Shown in pieces: positions 29,233-38,981 of a DNA stretch of 64,000 nucleotides. Under the pieces are notes generated by a model. The model saw only the letters and a program-made list of their open reading frames with translations, was not told the origin of the DNA and made no database searches. Both the position numbers and the translations under genes were made by a program. Where the stretch lies: NCBI GenBank assembly GCA_019721075.1, contig JAHEAD010000007.1:1-64000 (forward strand), read 5' to 3'. How positions within the stretch are numbered: the stretch's first letter is position 1; every line of letters begins with the position of its first letter. The stretch is from Candidatus Sysuiplasma jiujiangense (GTDB lineage Archaea; Thermoplasmatota; Thermoplasmata; Sysuiplasmatales; Sysuiplasmataceae).

Positions 29233-31461
29233 CTACTGTTTCCTGGATGTGAATTTTGCTATCAACACACCTGCACCGAGACCGACGAGCAACGCCACTA
29301 TGGTACCTGCAATAATGAATAACGGACTGACGGATGGCGCCGGTGCCGCTTTTGCTGTCGTTTTTACCTGTGTCGATGGATGAATGAAAGAGACGGTTAT
29401 AAGCGCTGAATTGCCCTGGACGACAACATTCCCTGAAGCAACTGAAATATTGTATCCGGAAACTGCACCTATTGAAAATTGATACGTACCATTCGGAACA
29501 GTAAACGACATGATTGCCGATGTTGTGCTTTGTGACGTTCCATTGAATGTTACAGTCCATGACTGACCGGCTGCAAGACCCGTTTCTTCAAAGGAGACTG
29601 TATATTGGGGCACCACTGTTTTGACTGCGGGATACTGTGAGACATCATAGGTGAGATTCAATGCATTAATAGATCCGATACCTGTCCAGTCATTCCAGCC
29701 ATTGCCCAGATATGTGTTGTCGGAGATGCTTCCACCAGGCTCAAGGTATTCGACTTTGGTATATGCGCTGTAACCGTATGTGCTGTTATACCCGAGGTTG
29801 TAAAGCGTGGGTTGTATCCATCCGAGCGGATATGCGGTTACACCATGACTGTGCGCAAGCATGGATTCCATATCTGCAAAAGTACCGGCTAAGATGGGGG
29901 CAGCAAAGCTCGTTCCTCCCCCGGCATGCCAATTGCCGTTGACTTCAATCGCGAGAGACGATGCTGGAGCTGAAATATCAGGCATGGACCTGTTGGCATA
30001 TGTTGAGGGAACGGTAATCGCTTCACTTGTCTGATATGCGGGTTTGGGATAGAAAAAGCTTGATCCTCCTCCGCTGCCGACGGAAAGCCCGTAAAAAGAT
30101 CCTGATGGGACATACCACGCATACTGCCCGACAATATTTCCGGTCGAATTGAGGACCGGGTATATTCCGCCCACCGCGACAAAGTACGGCGTGTCCTCGC
30201 CTATCAGGTAGTTGATATTGTGGCTATCAGATGAACCTTCAAAATACGTCGTGCCTTCAGCCACCGCCTGAAGACTCATCTGCGTGTAAGACACAGACCA
30301 TGCCGCATCGTGATGATATTGAAATGCACCCCAGCTGCTTGTAATTGTATTGGGGTCTATGACATTCAGCATGTAATATATTTCGAGCCTGACACCGTTG
30401 TCACCGAGACCAGTGAGATTGAATGCCTGCTGTATGTCGTATATGGATGCCCCGGGTGCAATGGCTGCAGACCATTCGAGATCAAGCGACTCTTCGCCAC
30501 CCACCCGTGCGGTATTGAGGCCGTTTGCGGTAAGATTTACAACGTGGACATGCGTCGGATAAATGCCATACGTATGCCAGAATAATTCTTCTGCTGTCAT
30601 ATTAAGACCCTGTCCGACTCCGACTATGCCGATTTTCTGGCCTGTCCCGTTATATCCACTGGACAACAGAGGCGATATCTGGTAGAACTGTTCCAGATTT
30701 GCCGGCGTCAGCATGCTCTGGGATGCATTCGGGGACCCGGTATTGTCCTGCATCTGGTACAGCCCGCCTCCGACCGCACTCTTGGTGAGCAATACTTCTG
30801 ATGCGTAACTGAGTCCGTGCACATTGACGATGTCATGGGAAAAGATGAACGGCACACTGGGGCTCTCATTGTTGGTAATGAATATCGAGCTCAACTTCTG
30901 GTAGGTATAACTGTTTTCCGTTGGTAGTGTAGTGTTGTAATCATACAATGTTATGCCGAATGCCTTATCGATTGTTGTTATGTTTGCCTGTAGTATTACT
31001 ACAAGCGGTGCATATGGATATGACCACACCTTGAATCCCTCTGAACTGTAATACGATTTTATTGCCGAAACCGTGGCGTTGGAAGGATAAAATTCAGCAC
31101 GAAATTGAGAGGGTGTCAGATAATGATGATAGAGAGCATTGCCTGGCGTATTCAATTCATTCACTAGAATGTAAAGATATGTCAGATTTGTAAGGGCCAG
31201 ATAGAGTGTCACGTTCAAAACAGTACTGCCGTTTGCCGGTCCCATATTGGTAAAAAAACTGCTGAACTGCGGATTGGATATGAGATAAGGCACGTTGCCG
31301 GTCAGCGGTACGAGCCGATATGGATTCGGCCGGATCACCGACACCGATGACGTCGCGTTCTGTCTTTTTACCAATCCCGCTGTCCCCATCATTATGGCGA
31401 AGCCTGTGATAATCACCAGCGCTGCCACAATGAATGCTGCCACCTTTCTGTGTGCTTTCAT
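29233..31461 (-). CDS. S53 (sedolisin/kumamolisin) protease with prodomain and C-terminal membrane anchor
   Basis: Prodomain YHHYLTPSQFRAEFYP; EESLDLEW...APGA; SSDS; RSMPDIS; GGTSFAAP; GWNDWTGIGS; ETGL..W.V repeat and C-terminal TM; GGAGTG RBS before ATG 31461. Confidence 0.9.
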   Translation of the reverse strand: MKAHRKVAAFIVAALVIITGFAIMMGTAGLVKRQNATSSVSVIRPNPYRLVPLTGNVPYLISNPQFSSFFTNMGPANGSTVLNVTLYLALTNLTYLYILVNELNTPGNALYHHYLTPSQFRAEFYPSNATVSAIKSYYSSEGFKVWSYPYAPLVVILQANITTIDKAFGITLYDYNTTLPTENSYTYQKLSSIFITNNESPSVPFIFSHDIVNVHGLSYASEVLLTKSAVGGGLYQMQDNTGSPNASQSMLTPANLEQFYQISPLLSSGYNGTGQKIGIVGVGQGLNMTAEELFWHTYGIYPTHVHVVNLTANGLNTARVGGEESLDLEWSAAIAPGASIYDIQQAFNLTGLGDNGVRLEIYYMLNVIDPNTITSSWGAFQYHHDAAWSVSYTQMSLQAVAEGTTYFEGSSDSHNINYLIGEDTPYFVAVGGIYPVLNSTGNIVGQYAWYVPSGSFYGLSVGSGGGSSFFYPKPAYQTSEAITVPSTYANRSMPDISAPASSLAIEVNGNWHAGGGTSFAAPILAGTFADMESMLAHSHGVTAYPLGWIQPTLYNLGYNSTYGYSAYTKVEYLEPGGSISDNTYLGNGWNDWTGIGSINALNLTYDVSQYPAVKTVVPQYTVSFEETGLAAGQSWTVTFNGTSQSTTSAIMSFTVPNGTYQFSIGAVSGYNISVASGNVVVQGNSALITVSFIHPSTQVKTTAKAAPAPSVSPLFIIAGTIVALLVGLGAGVLIAKFTSRKQ

Positions 31462-31511
31462 AATCTCACTCCGAACAGTAAAAGGTTTTGGGAAAAGATT
31501 TAGGAACAAAC

Positions 31512-34500
31512 TCAAAATGTGTAGACAAAGTCTACAGTTATTGTCCCGAAATAGTCAGGTCCCGGCGGATTGTTGCTTACCGCTTCGAGTACGTGCTGGT
31601 ATCCAGACTCAAGGACCAGCCTTCCATCCTGCGAGCCGTAGACAAGCGATGTGTATGTCTTCAGTGTGGTGCCCTTTATTGCCGTGATTGATGAGATAAT
31701 GCCGGCGACAGGGCTGGTAAGCTCGATGACGCCTGCAAAGAGATCGCCGCTTGTGTAGAGACTGTTGGAAACGGATGTTTCCGTCCTTGTTATGCCGTTA
31801 GCCGTTACGTTTGTGTAAAAGTGTGAAACATCGAAAGCCTCTGACATGTTGTTGAGGTACTGCGCGAACGGGCCATACATTGGGAAGCCGCCGTTTGTTG
31901 TCTGCGTGATTGTGAATACAAAACCGGTCTGCATCTCTATGGGGAAATAAGTCGTCTTTGCATTGATGAAAATATCATGCATCCCCTGCTCGTTGTAAAC
32001 TGTGACCATTCTGGATTGCGTCAGCTGATATCCTGTGAGGTTTTCCCACACAGGGCCTACCACATACTGGTCCATGGATGAAACTTCGCTTGTTCTCTTC
32101 GAGACTGTTATCGTTCCTGTCACTGTATGTATTGATGATGAGAAGCCAAAGTTGTTAATGACGTTCTCGTAAAAGAAGGAGTTCACCGATGCTGTGCCGC
32201 CTGAAGGCAGCGGGACATTTGTGACTATCCGCGGCTTGCCCATATTTGCAAAGTAGCTTACAGGCTGCGCACCGGTTACAGCTGGGTTTGTGTAAATAAG
32301 CAGATTTGCACTGACCATCCAGTTGGCAGCATACGGAAACACGCCTGTCATGTTGAACTCCATGTTGCCAGAGTTTTCAATAATGCCCAGTGCGGCCGTG
32401 ACGTTCACATTTGTTGGCACTTCAGAAAGGTCATACGGTGCCGGTAGAGGTCTCCATGCGAACAGGTCAATGCCGCCGGTGTTGACGAGATACCACGGCA
32501 GTACGTTGGCTATGAGCTTGTTTCCGGAGTAAACTGTTACTGCTCTGTAGGAGGGTTCGTCGCCGTACCAGAACTCGTCAAAGGTGTTACCGCGCTGGAA
32601 AACCTGGAGCGTTGCAGCAGCAGTATCGGATGGTACTGAAACTGGCACCGTTACCTCTGGATGCCCATAGGTAAGACTCGCCCTGGTGACGAGCGGAACG
32701 ACCATATTGGGAATGCCTGCCGGTTTAGAGCCCGGATAAAAGCTCAATGTCGCGTTTGTGTAATACGAACCGTTCACCGCGCCATTCGGGCTGTGCCATA
32801 TCAGATTTACACTCCCATGGAAGAGCGATTCATATTCTGTGAGGTTGGCGACTATTGTCCAGTTTCCGTTTTCAGGCTGGACGCTGTGCCACACGAGAAC
32901 GTTGTTAACGATCAGAAATTCGACAACATCGTAAACAGTTCCATATGCCTGGCCGTTGTATGTAAGGATGATACTCTGGAAGGATTCGTTCGGTACCTGG
33001 ATAGTTGTATACAGTGTTGTGTTCGGTGTCAAACTTCCGACTGTTTTCAGATCATGGACAAGTGTATAATTGATCGGTGCTATATCCGGGATTCGTGTAG
33101 GCTGCCTGACCTGTATTGTTGTATTCGGCGGCAAGTTCAGGGGGACATAATCCCCGCCAGTGCCTATGAGACCTCCATCGTTGTAAGGGATGGTACCGTT
33201 GTAATTCCACCAGAGGTTTCCTCCCTGATATGTTCCATGAATGATGCTGCCAGTGAGCGCATAGCCATTTACGTAATTTATCGCACTCGCGGGTTGCTTT
33301 GATATGTTCCATGTGTTGGAGAAGATTCTTGGGCTTTCCGCAGTGAAACTGACAGGCTGAAGAAACATGTTATTATAGACAAGATTGCCGGAAGACCGTA
33401 CCAGTAAACCCGAACCCAGGTCTGTAAACATATTGCTTTCAAACGTGTTTCCCCACACTGTGTTGTCTGTGCCTCCCAGGATTGCGACCGAGCCTCCGTT
33501 CCTGTGCCCGACAAAGGAGTCCACAGCACTTGCATGTAGTCTGTTGCCGCCCACCAACATATTAGAACTGTCGAGCAATATTATGCCATAGGGAAGAAAA
33601 CTATTGGTGAAGTAGCCGCTCACTTCCGATTTCCAGAGTGAGATGTTCGAGTCGGCATAGAACTCATAATTCAGATAATTGTACACAGCCGGCAGAGAAT
33701 CAGCACTGGCCGTCTGTGTGCCGTACATGACTCTTAACAACGGCATTCCGTTCATTTCCACATGTGCAGAAACATTCCAGAAAAATACGCCAGCGAACAC
33801 GGGGAACAACCAGTCGTTAAGCTCATCAAACAGCGGACTTATGGAGGCGACTGAAGAGACGCCGCTAAGCATATATGGGCTCGACAACGATCCGTTGCCG
33901 CCGCTCGCAATATACGCAATCTGGCTGTTGCCAAAAGCGTAAAGCGGCGTGTATATGCCTGCATTCCGGTTTCTTCGCAGATTGAAATTCTTTCCAGCGG
34001 AAATGGTGAAACTCACCGGCCTGTAGTAGCTGAGTAGTATCTGACCGGAAACCTCACCGTAAGGAACATGGAAGTCGTAATTTCCAGAGAGTGGCAGCGG
34101 ATTCCATGCATCGGCCGAAGCGTTGAATGTCGATCCGCCGCTGACAAACATAAATGCGTTTGAAGGAGAAACCCGACCTCCGAACCCGCGCGGCATGGAA
34201 GACGACACGTTCCACATGCCGTACAGCAGCGAAGGACCTTCGTTAAGGAAGGCTGTTGTTCCATTCCACCACACATTGGCGCCGGTGGATGTTTCACCGG
34301 TATCGGTTCCGAAATTGAACGCCGAAGGAACGCTGACAAGTCCAGAGGATGAAGTGTTATAGTACTTCAGTGCCATTGTCGCATTTATGTTGTAGATTGT
34401 TGTGGTGCTTCCTCCACCCGGACCGCCTATCATTATTTCCGCATCGTACAGGAATCCCATGTGCGTGTGAGTCCCTGCGTTAAGCAGTGGAGGTGTAGTC

Positions 34501-35414
34501 ACGGTTCCGCTGATCAGGTAATGCGGTGCCGGAGCGCTGTAACCGGGAGGCATGCCACCCGTTGAATTGAACAGCACTTCATCAAAAGTCCCTGATGATA
34601 TAACACCGGCGTCCATGAGTGTGTAGTTGAAGAACACAGCGCTGTCCCCGTTTATCAGTGATGCGTTTGTGTAAAGATCCACGGTTGCAGGCAGAGCCAC
34701 ACTGAAACTCGGACCCTGAGTTATGTAAACCTCGTTGCCGACGACTCTTCCCTTTCCCTTTGCTATGCCATTTTTCGGGAATGTGCCGGCTGAGGATGAA
34801 AAATTCCATATGTTTAAAACAAATTTGATTCGGTGGAAGTTGTTGCTGTAAACAATCACGTTTTGTGTCCAGTATGTGTAATTCGTTACACCGAAGAGGG
34901 TAACATTTGTAAGAACAGTGTTAAGCTGGATGCTGCCGCTTGTCTGCTGCGCCGACGACATGCTGGATGAGCTGAGATTGTTCACAGTCATTGTCCCTTC
35001 AATACTGCTCGTGGTCAGGTTGTAGCCTACGATGGTACCGTTCTGATTCTTAAGCCCGAAATCACCGATGCCCATCGGTGCGGGAGCAACGGGATAGAGA
35101 GGCTGGACATGTCCGTCATTCATAGTGACAGGCGGATTAAAATTGGGCAGGTAAATATCACTGGTGGGCGTACCTTCAGTTTCCAGGGAATTGAGCAACG
35201 CGTTTACTCTGTCATTGTATCTGTTTTTTGGCACCCTTGTGACATGAGACACAGCGTTTCGCTGATATGTATACTGAGGTAATACAGCGGTTGCGGGATT
35301 CGTTAAAGTTTTTTGAGACGCAACGCTGTTCCATCCACCCAGAACAACACCTGCAGGTAAAACGAACAGCACTGCAATTGCAAAAACTGTATACTTCAAA
35401 ATCGAGTCTTCCAT
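31512..35414 (-). CDS. Secreted thermopsin + beta-helix + peptide:N-glycosidase A (PNGase A-like) fusion
   Basis: Thermopsin motifs (PAPMGIGDFG, YWTQNV, GGPGGG, FGTDTGET); NTVWGN/LVYNN beta-helix; PNGase A motifs YD..., DEFWYGDEPSYR, PWYLVNTGGIDLFAWRP from about 33130 down. Confidence 0.85.
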   Translation of the reverse strand: MEDSILKYTVFAIAVLFVLPAGVVLGGWNSVASQKTLTNPATAVLPQYTYQRNAVSHVTRVPKNRYNDRVNALLNSLETEGTPTSDIYLPNFNPPVTMNDGHVQPLYPVAPAPMGIGDFGLKNQNGTIVGYNLTTSSIEGTMTVNNLSSSSMSSAQQTSGSIQLNTVLTNVTLFGVTNYTYWTQNVIVYSNNFHRIKFVLNIWNFSSSAGTFPKNGIAKGKGRVVGNEVYITQGPSFSVALPATVDLYTNASLINGDSAVFFNYTLMDAGVISSGTFDEVLFNSTGGMPPGYSAPAPHYLISGTVTTPPLLNAGTHTHMGFLYDAEIMIGGPGGGSTTTIYNINATMALKYYNTSSSGLVSVPSAFNFGTDTGETSTGANVWWNGTTAFLNEGPSLLYGMWNVSSSMPRGFGGRVSPSNAFMFVSGGSTFNASADAWNPLPLSGNYDFHVPYGEVSGQILLSYYRPVSFTISAGKNFNLRRNRNAGIYTPLYAFGNSQIAYIASGGNGSLSSPYMLSGVSSVASISPLFDELNDWLFPVFAGVFFWNVSAHVEMNGMPLLRVMYGTQTASADSLPAVYNYLNYEFYADSNISLWKSEVSGYFTNSFLPYGIILLDSSNMLVGGNRLHASAVDSFVGHRNGGSVAILGGTDNTVWGNTFESNMFTDLGSGLLVRSSGNLVYNNMFLQPVSFTAESPRIFSNTWNISKQPASAINYVNGYALTGSIIHGTYQGGNLWWNYNGTIPYNDGGLIGTGGDYVPLNLPPNTTIQVRQPTRIPDIAPINYTLVHDLKTVGSLTPNTTLYTTIQVPNESFQSIILTYNGQAYGTVYDVVEFLIVNNVLVWHSVQPENGNWTIVANLTEYESLFHGSVNLIWHSPNGAVNGSYYTNATLSFYPGSKPAGIPNMVVPLVTRASLTYGHPEVTVPVSVPSDTAAATLQVFQRGNTFDEFWYGDEPSYRAVTVYSGNKLIANVLPWYLVNTGGIDLFAWRPLPAPYDLSEVPTNVNVTAALGIIENSGNMEFNMTGVFPYAANWMVSANLLIYTNPAVTGAQPVSYFANMGKPRIVTNVPLPSGGTASVNSFFYENVINNFGFSSSIHTVTGTITVSKRTSEVSSMDQYVVGPVWENLTGYQLTQSRMVTVYNEQGMHDIFINAKTTYFPIEMQTGFVFTITQTTNGGFPMYGPFAQYLNNMSEAFDVSHFYTNVTANGITRTETSVSNSLYTSGDLFAGVIELTSPVAGIISSITAIKGTTLKTYTSLVYGSQDGRLVLESGYQHVLEAVSNNPPGPDYFGTITVDFVYTF

Positions 35415-35614
35415 TTTTTGTCACACTCTTTTTTTGAACGCTTATCTTTTTATTCTATTTATATGTGGCGTGTCGGCCATAGACCAATAAAGAAATTTGG
35501 TGAGAATGTGGGATATCCACAGCCTTGTTGTCCTTCTATTGGCTCCTGTATGCAGGCATCTGTGTAACCGCTACTTTTCCTTTCTACATTTCCTGGGAAT
35601 TACTTCCTGATGTT

Positions 35615-35960
35615 CTAGTGGCGTGTTTCGAAACTAAGACCCGGATTTCCTGAGACGCCACAACAGCCTCTTCCTCCTTTGCCTCCTGTCCCTTGTATCA
35701 AGCATTTCTTTCCTGTTTTCATTCTTGTACTTGATTGCCTTCTGCAATGCCGCATCCACCTCATTCCATGACCTGAAGTCTGTTCCAGACAGTGCAATCC
35801 TCTGCATGTCGTTGAAATGCGTCTCTATCGGGTTGAGTCATGATGCATTTGTCGGCGTTGGAACAAGTGTAACCCTGTTACACTTTGCCCACTTCACTAT
35901 ATCCTGTGTCCAGTGTGCCGACAGGTTGTCCATTACTATGTGCATGCGCTGCTCCGCTGA
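35615..35960 (-). mobile_element. IS630-family 3' remnant (copy 2)
   Basis: MHIVMDNLSAHW..., PTPTNAS*LNPIETH, ends TRH* inside CTAGTGGCGTGTTTC. Confidence 0.75.
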
Positions 35961-36238
35961 TATATTGAAATGCAGCAGTAGCAGTTATGAAAACAAGCGG
36001 GGTTGCTGAAATGGCGATCACGGCTATTCCAGTTATACCAGTATTGCTACAGTGATTGCGGGGGCGATAACAGCAGGGCGCTGTGCTGAAAGCCGCCTCA
36101 GAGAAAGAACTTCTCTTTCAAGATCATGTATGTTGTGGCCGCATCGACCATGATAGTTACTGCACTTCTCATTATTTCTGATGCTGTGCAACCTGTTGCA
36201 GCAGGACCGGGTTTATCCTGCTTTCATTCCCTTCCAGT

Positions 36239-36649
36239 TCATTGCAGCCTTACATCTATACCCATGCATTGTATCTCCTCTCTCCTAATTCCGAATTCCT
36301 GATCAAGCGTGATTAATGTGCCAGCGCCTGTTTCAGAACAGGCAGCCAGATGCAAAAGATCCAGTGTTTTCATCCTGACAGAGAACGAAATCTCCGCCGC
36401 TCTCTTGAATACCTTGCCCATGTCAATACTCTTCAGCTCAAATCCAAGCCTGTCAAGGTACTGCACGTATGCTTCAATCTCCTCCTCCCGCAAGTTGGTA
36501 GTCTTCGCCATCACGGACCTCATTTCAAGGACTGTAACCATGGATATTGCCATTTCCTTTGACTCACGGGTCAGCCGCAACGCAGTATCGTGATTTATGT
36601 CTGCAGGATTGATGAGTGAAAGGACTACGTTCGTGTCGATATAGTCCAA
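36239..36649 (-). CDS. vapC: VapC-like PIN-domain toxin
   Basis: YIDTNV, TVLE, MKTLDLLHLA, LITLD; acidic tetrad intact. Confidence 0.88.
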   Translation of the reverse strand: MDYIDTNVVLSLINPADINHDTALRLTRESKEMAISMVTVLEMRSVMAKTTNLREEEIEAYVQYLDRLGFELKSIDMGKVFKRAAEISFSVRMKTLDLLHLAACSETGAGTLITLDQEFGIRREEIQCMGIDVRLQ

Positions 36650-36904
36650 TTCACTCTCTCTCCTTCATCGACTGCACTGAGAGGTCGGCAGGAAGTTCCG
36701 GAAAGCCTTTTTACTGCCATCGTGAAAGCAGCTTCTCTGCCTTCTCCTTCTTCTCTCGACTTCCTCCCGCGCAACTCCTAGGCTTTTGAGCATTATGAAC
36801 CTGAGAGCATCGGCGCTGTTGTCGGCGAGATTGTATTTGATCAGTTTTTTGATAAGCAGAGAAGTGCTCTCGTCTATTCTCATAGCAATTACAGTTGTTT
36901 TCAT
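36650..36904 (-). pseudogene. VapB-like RHH antitoxin, apparently frameshifted
   Basis: MKTTVIAMRID...ADALRFIM; the expected tail KEKAEKLLSRWQ*KGFPELPADLS lies in another frame and contains a stop. Confidence 0.6.
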
Positions 36905-37100
36905 TAGTTAACACATGATTTCATATGTATGTAACACTTGAGACACTTTGTAGCAGAACCCCGACATGAATCCCGTGGAACTCCTTGTCAACAGAAAGAT
37001 GTCTTCTTTTGTGCAGTGCAACAGATGCTACTACAGCACGGACGAACTCAGGGATGCAGGCAGCATGTTTCTTTGCAGATACAACAGTATCTGCGCATGA

Positions 37101-37352
37101 TCACTTGCGCTTCCTCTTCTTGTCCCTGACCCATCCGTACTCCTCGCTGCTCATGTCCGCCTCGCCCAAGTATGGACCCTCCGACATGGCCAGCGCGTTC
37201 ATGGCGTTCATTATGATATCGTAGACTCTGAGGCGATGGTCGAGATCCATGTCGCTGTACTGCTCGCATATCTCATCCCATATGAGTCTGAAGTAAGCTA
37301 TGTCGGGCTTTATCGCAATCCTTGCAGACTTTTCATCGCCATTCGCAGGCAT
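37101..37352 (-). CDS. Small hypothetical protein
   Basis: 83-aa ORF with protein-like composition, co-oriented with its neighbours. Confidence 0.5.
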   Translation of the reverse strand: MPANGDEKSARIAIKPDIAYFRLIWDEICEQYSDMDLDHRLRVYDIIMNAMNALAMSEGPYLGEADMSSEEYGWVRDKKRKRK

Positions 37353-37428
37353 ACCCTGCAGCTGGCTGTAATGCGGACACAGCGGCGCAACAGCGCTGTG
37401 ACAGGAAAGCTTTCATGTGAAAAACTGA

Positions 37429-38259
37429 TCAGTCACTCTTTAATTCAAAATTTTCGACTTCCTTCTGCAAATGTATGATTGACGCTGCCTGTGTTCCCGC
37501 ACCTGCCGCCTGCAATCCGCTGAAGTCTATTCTCAGACGTAACTCAGAATTCAACTCCGGATCTGCTTCGATAAATGCTGTCAGTCTCCTTTCCATGAGA
37601 ACGCCGAAGGCGGCCACCGCAAGGTAACAGGAGGGACCCACAATAATCAACTCCATCACTACAAGGAATAACAGGTCGTACGGTGTATTGAAAAGATAGA
37701 TGAGGGACAGTAGCAGCCCCGCTCCGGTGATGAACCTGACGGCGTTTGATCCAGGCGCAGTGACCAGCAACCTGTCACTGTCACAGATTCTCAGTCCTGC
37801 GTCATTCTTGACCCATGCCGGAATCAAAACGAACGGCAGACTTGCCAGAACAACCAGCGACAGGAAGACGAATGAAATCCATTCCGTGGTGAAGTTTTTC
37901 AGATCGCCTGGAAACAAAGGTTTGAGTGCAAATCTCATGATCGCTGCAGTAAGGCCAAAGACTGCGATTATAACAATGAGAGACCGCCTCCCGACTCTCG
38001 GCTCCGCAGGTTTGCCTTTCAGATATCGGGGAGGATGTCCCATCCTCAGATCCTTGCGTACGGATCTTGTAATCATCTTCGCAATTCCTTTCCGCCTGCT
38101 CCCGGCAATCACCCATACCAGCACAGGCAGCAAGGCAACGGCTGTAATGGCAATAGCTCCAGCCATCCCCATGGCCTCCGAAAACGCAAGGAATAACAGA
38201 ATCACGGCAATGATTGCCAGTGCCAGATGTATGCGAGCCGCTCCCCCTCTGCCGCGCAC
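37429..38259 (-). CDS. Multi-pass membrane protein of unknown function
   Basis: About six hydrophobic segments in 276 aa. Confidence 0.7.
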   Translation of the reverse strand: MRGRGGAARIHLALAIIAVILLFLAFSEAMGMAGAIAITAVALLPVLVWVIAGSRRKGIAKMITRSVRKDLRMGHPPRYLKGKPAEPRVGRRSLIVIIAVFGLTAAIMRFALKPLFPGDLKNFTTEWISFVFLSLVVLASLPFVLIPAWVKNDAGLRICDSDRLLVTAPGSNAVRFITGAGLLLSLIYLFNTPYDLLFLVVMELIIVGPSCYLAVAAFGVLMERRLTAFIEADPELNSELRLRIDFSGLQAAGAGTQAASIIHLQKEVENFELKSD

Positions 38260-38529
38260 ATGTTAGCATGTGTTGTCGAAGGTAAAAAACTTCCTACGAG
38301 CCGAAATTCTGCAACTCGGACCATTTATCACGGTTCGATCGGTCCCGGGAGATGGAGTTGCACCCGGATCTGAGGTTCAATACAATTCTTACATCCGGGG
38401 TATTCTTCCTGTCAAACATGTCATCTGCAATTTACCAAAGGGAAAGTTGCAGTACGTGATTTGTATTACTTTGCCGATTTTGTGAAAGATTAGACTGTCA
38501 CGCCAATCATAGTTGATCTTGACGGTGGA

Positions 38530-38979
38530 GTGATCGTCGCTTCAGCCGTCACATTCACCGAATTACATGCGCGCTGGCAATACGATGAATGCGGTCTGCC
38601 CGCTGGCAAACACTGGAATGCGACGGTTGACAGGGTTACACACACATCCACCACGCCGTGCATCAACATCACGGAAACAAATGGCGCATACCAGGCATCT
38701 GCAGCAGCACCAGGTTACACTTCATCCGCTGTCTGCAACATAACAGCAGTACCCGGCCCATACGCAACATTCACGGTGCAGTTCAGCAGGGCTTTGACAG
38801 CACAGCTGTCATCTCCCTCTACCGCCACAATGAAAGAGGGCATCGGCATAAGTACAGTCGTCGGAACGATTGCAGGCGCACGGGCAAACATATTCGTCGT
38901 CACCGCAATCAGGAAAACAAGGAAGGTGCCTGAATGGGCGCGCCTAAAAAAACAGGTCCGTTTACAGGCAGGCGTTTGA
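38530..38979 (+). pseudogene. C-terminal remnant of a surface protein (Thermoplasmatales ExGL..W repeat plus decayed anchor)
   Basis: ECGLPAGKHWNATV...STTPCINITETNGAYQ parallels the S53 C-terminal repeat; no N-terminal part. Confidence 0.55.
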
Positions 38980-38981
38980 TG

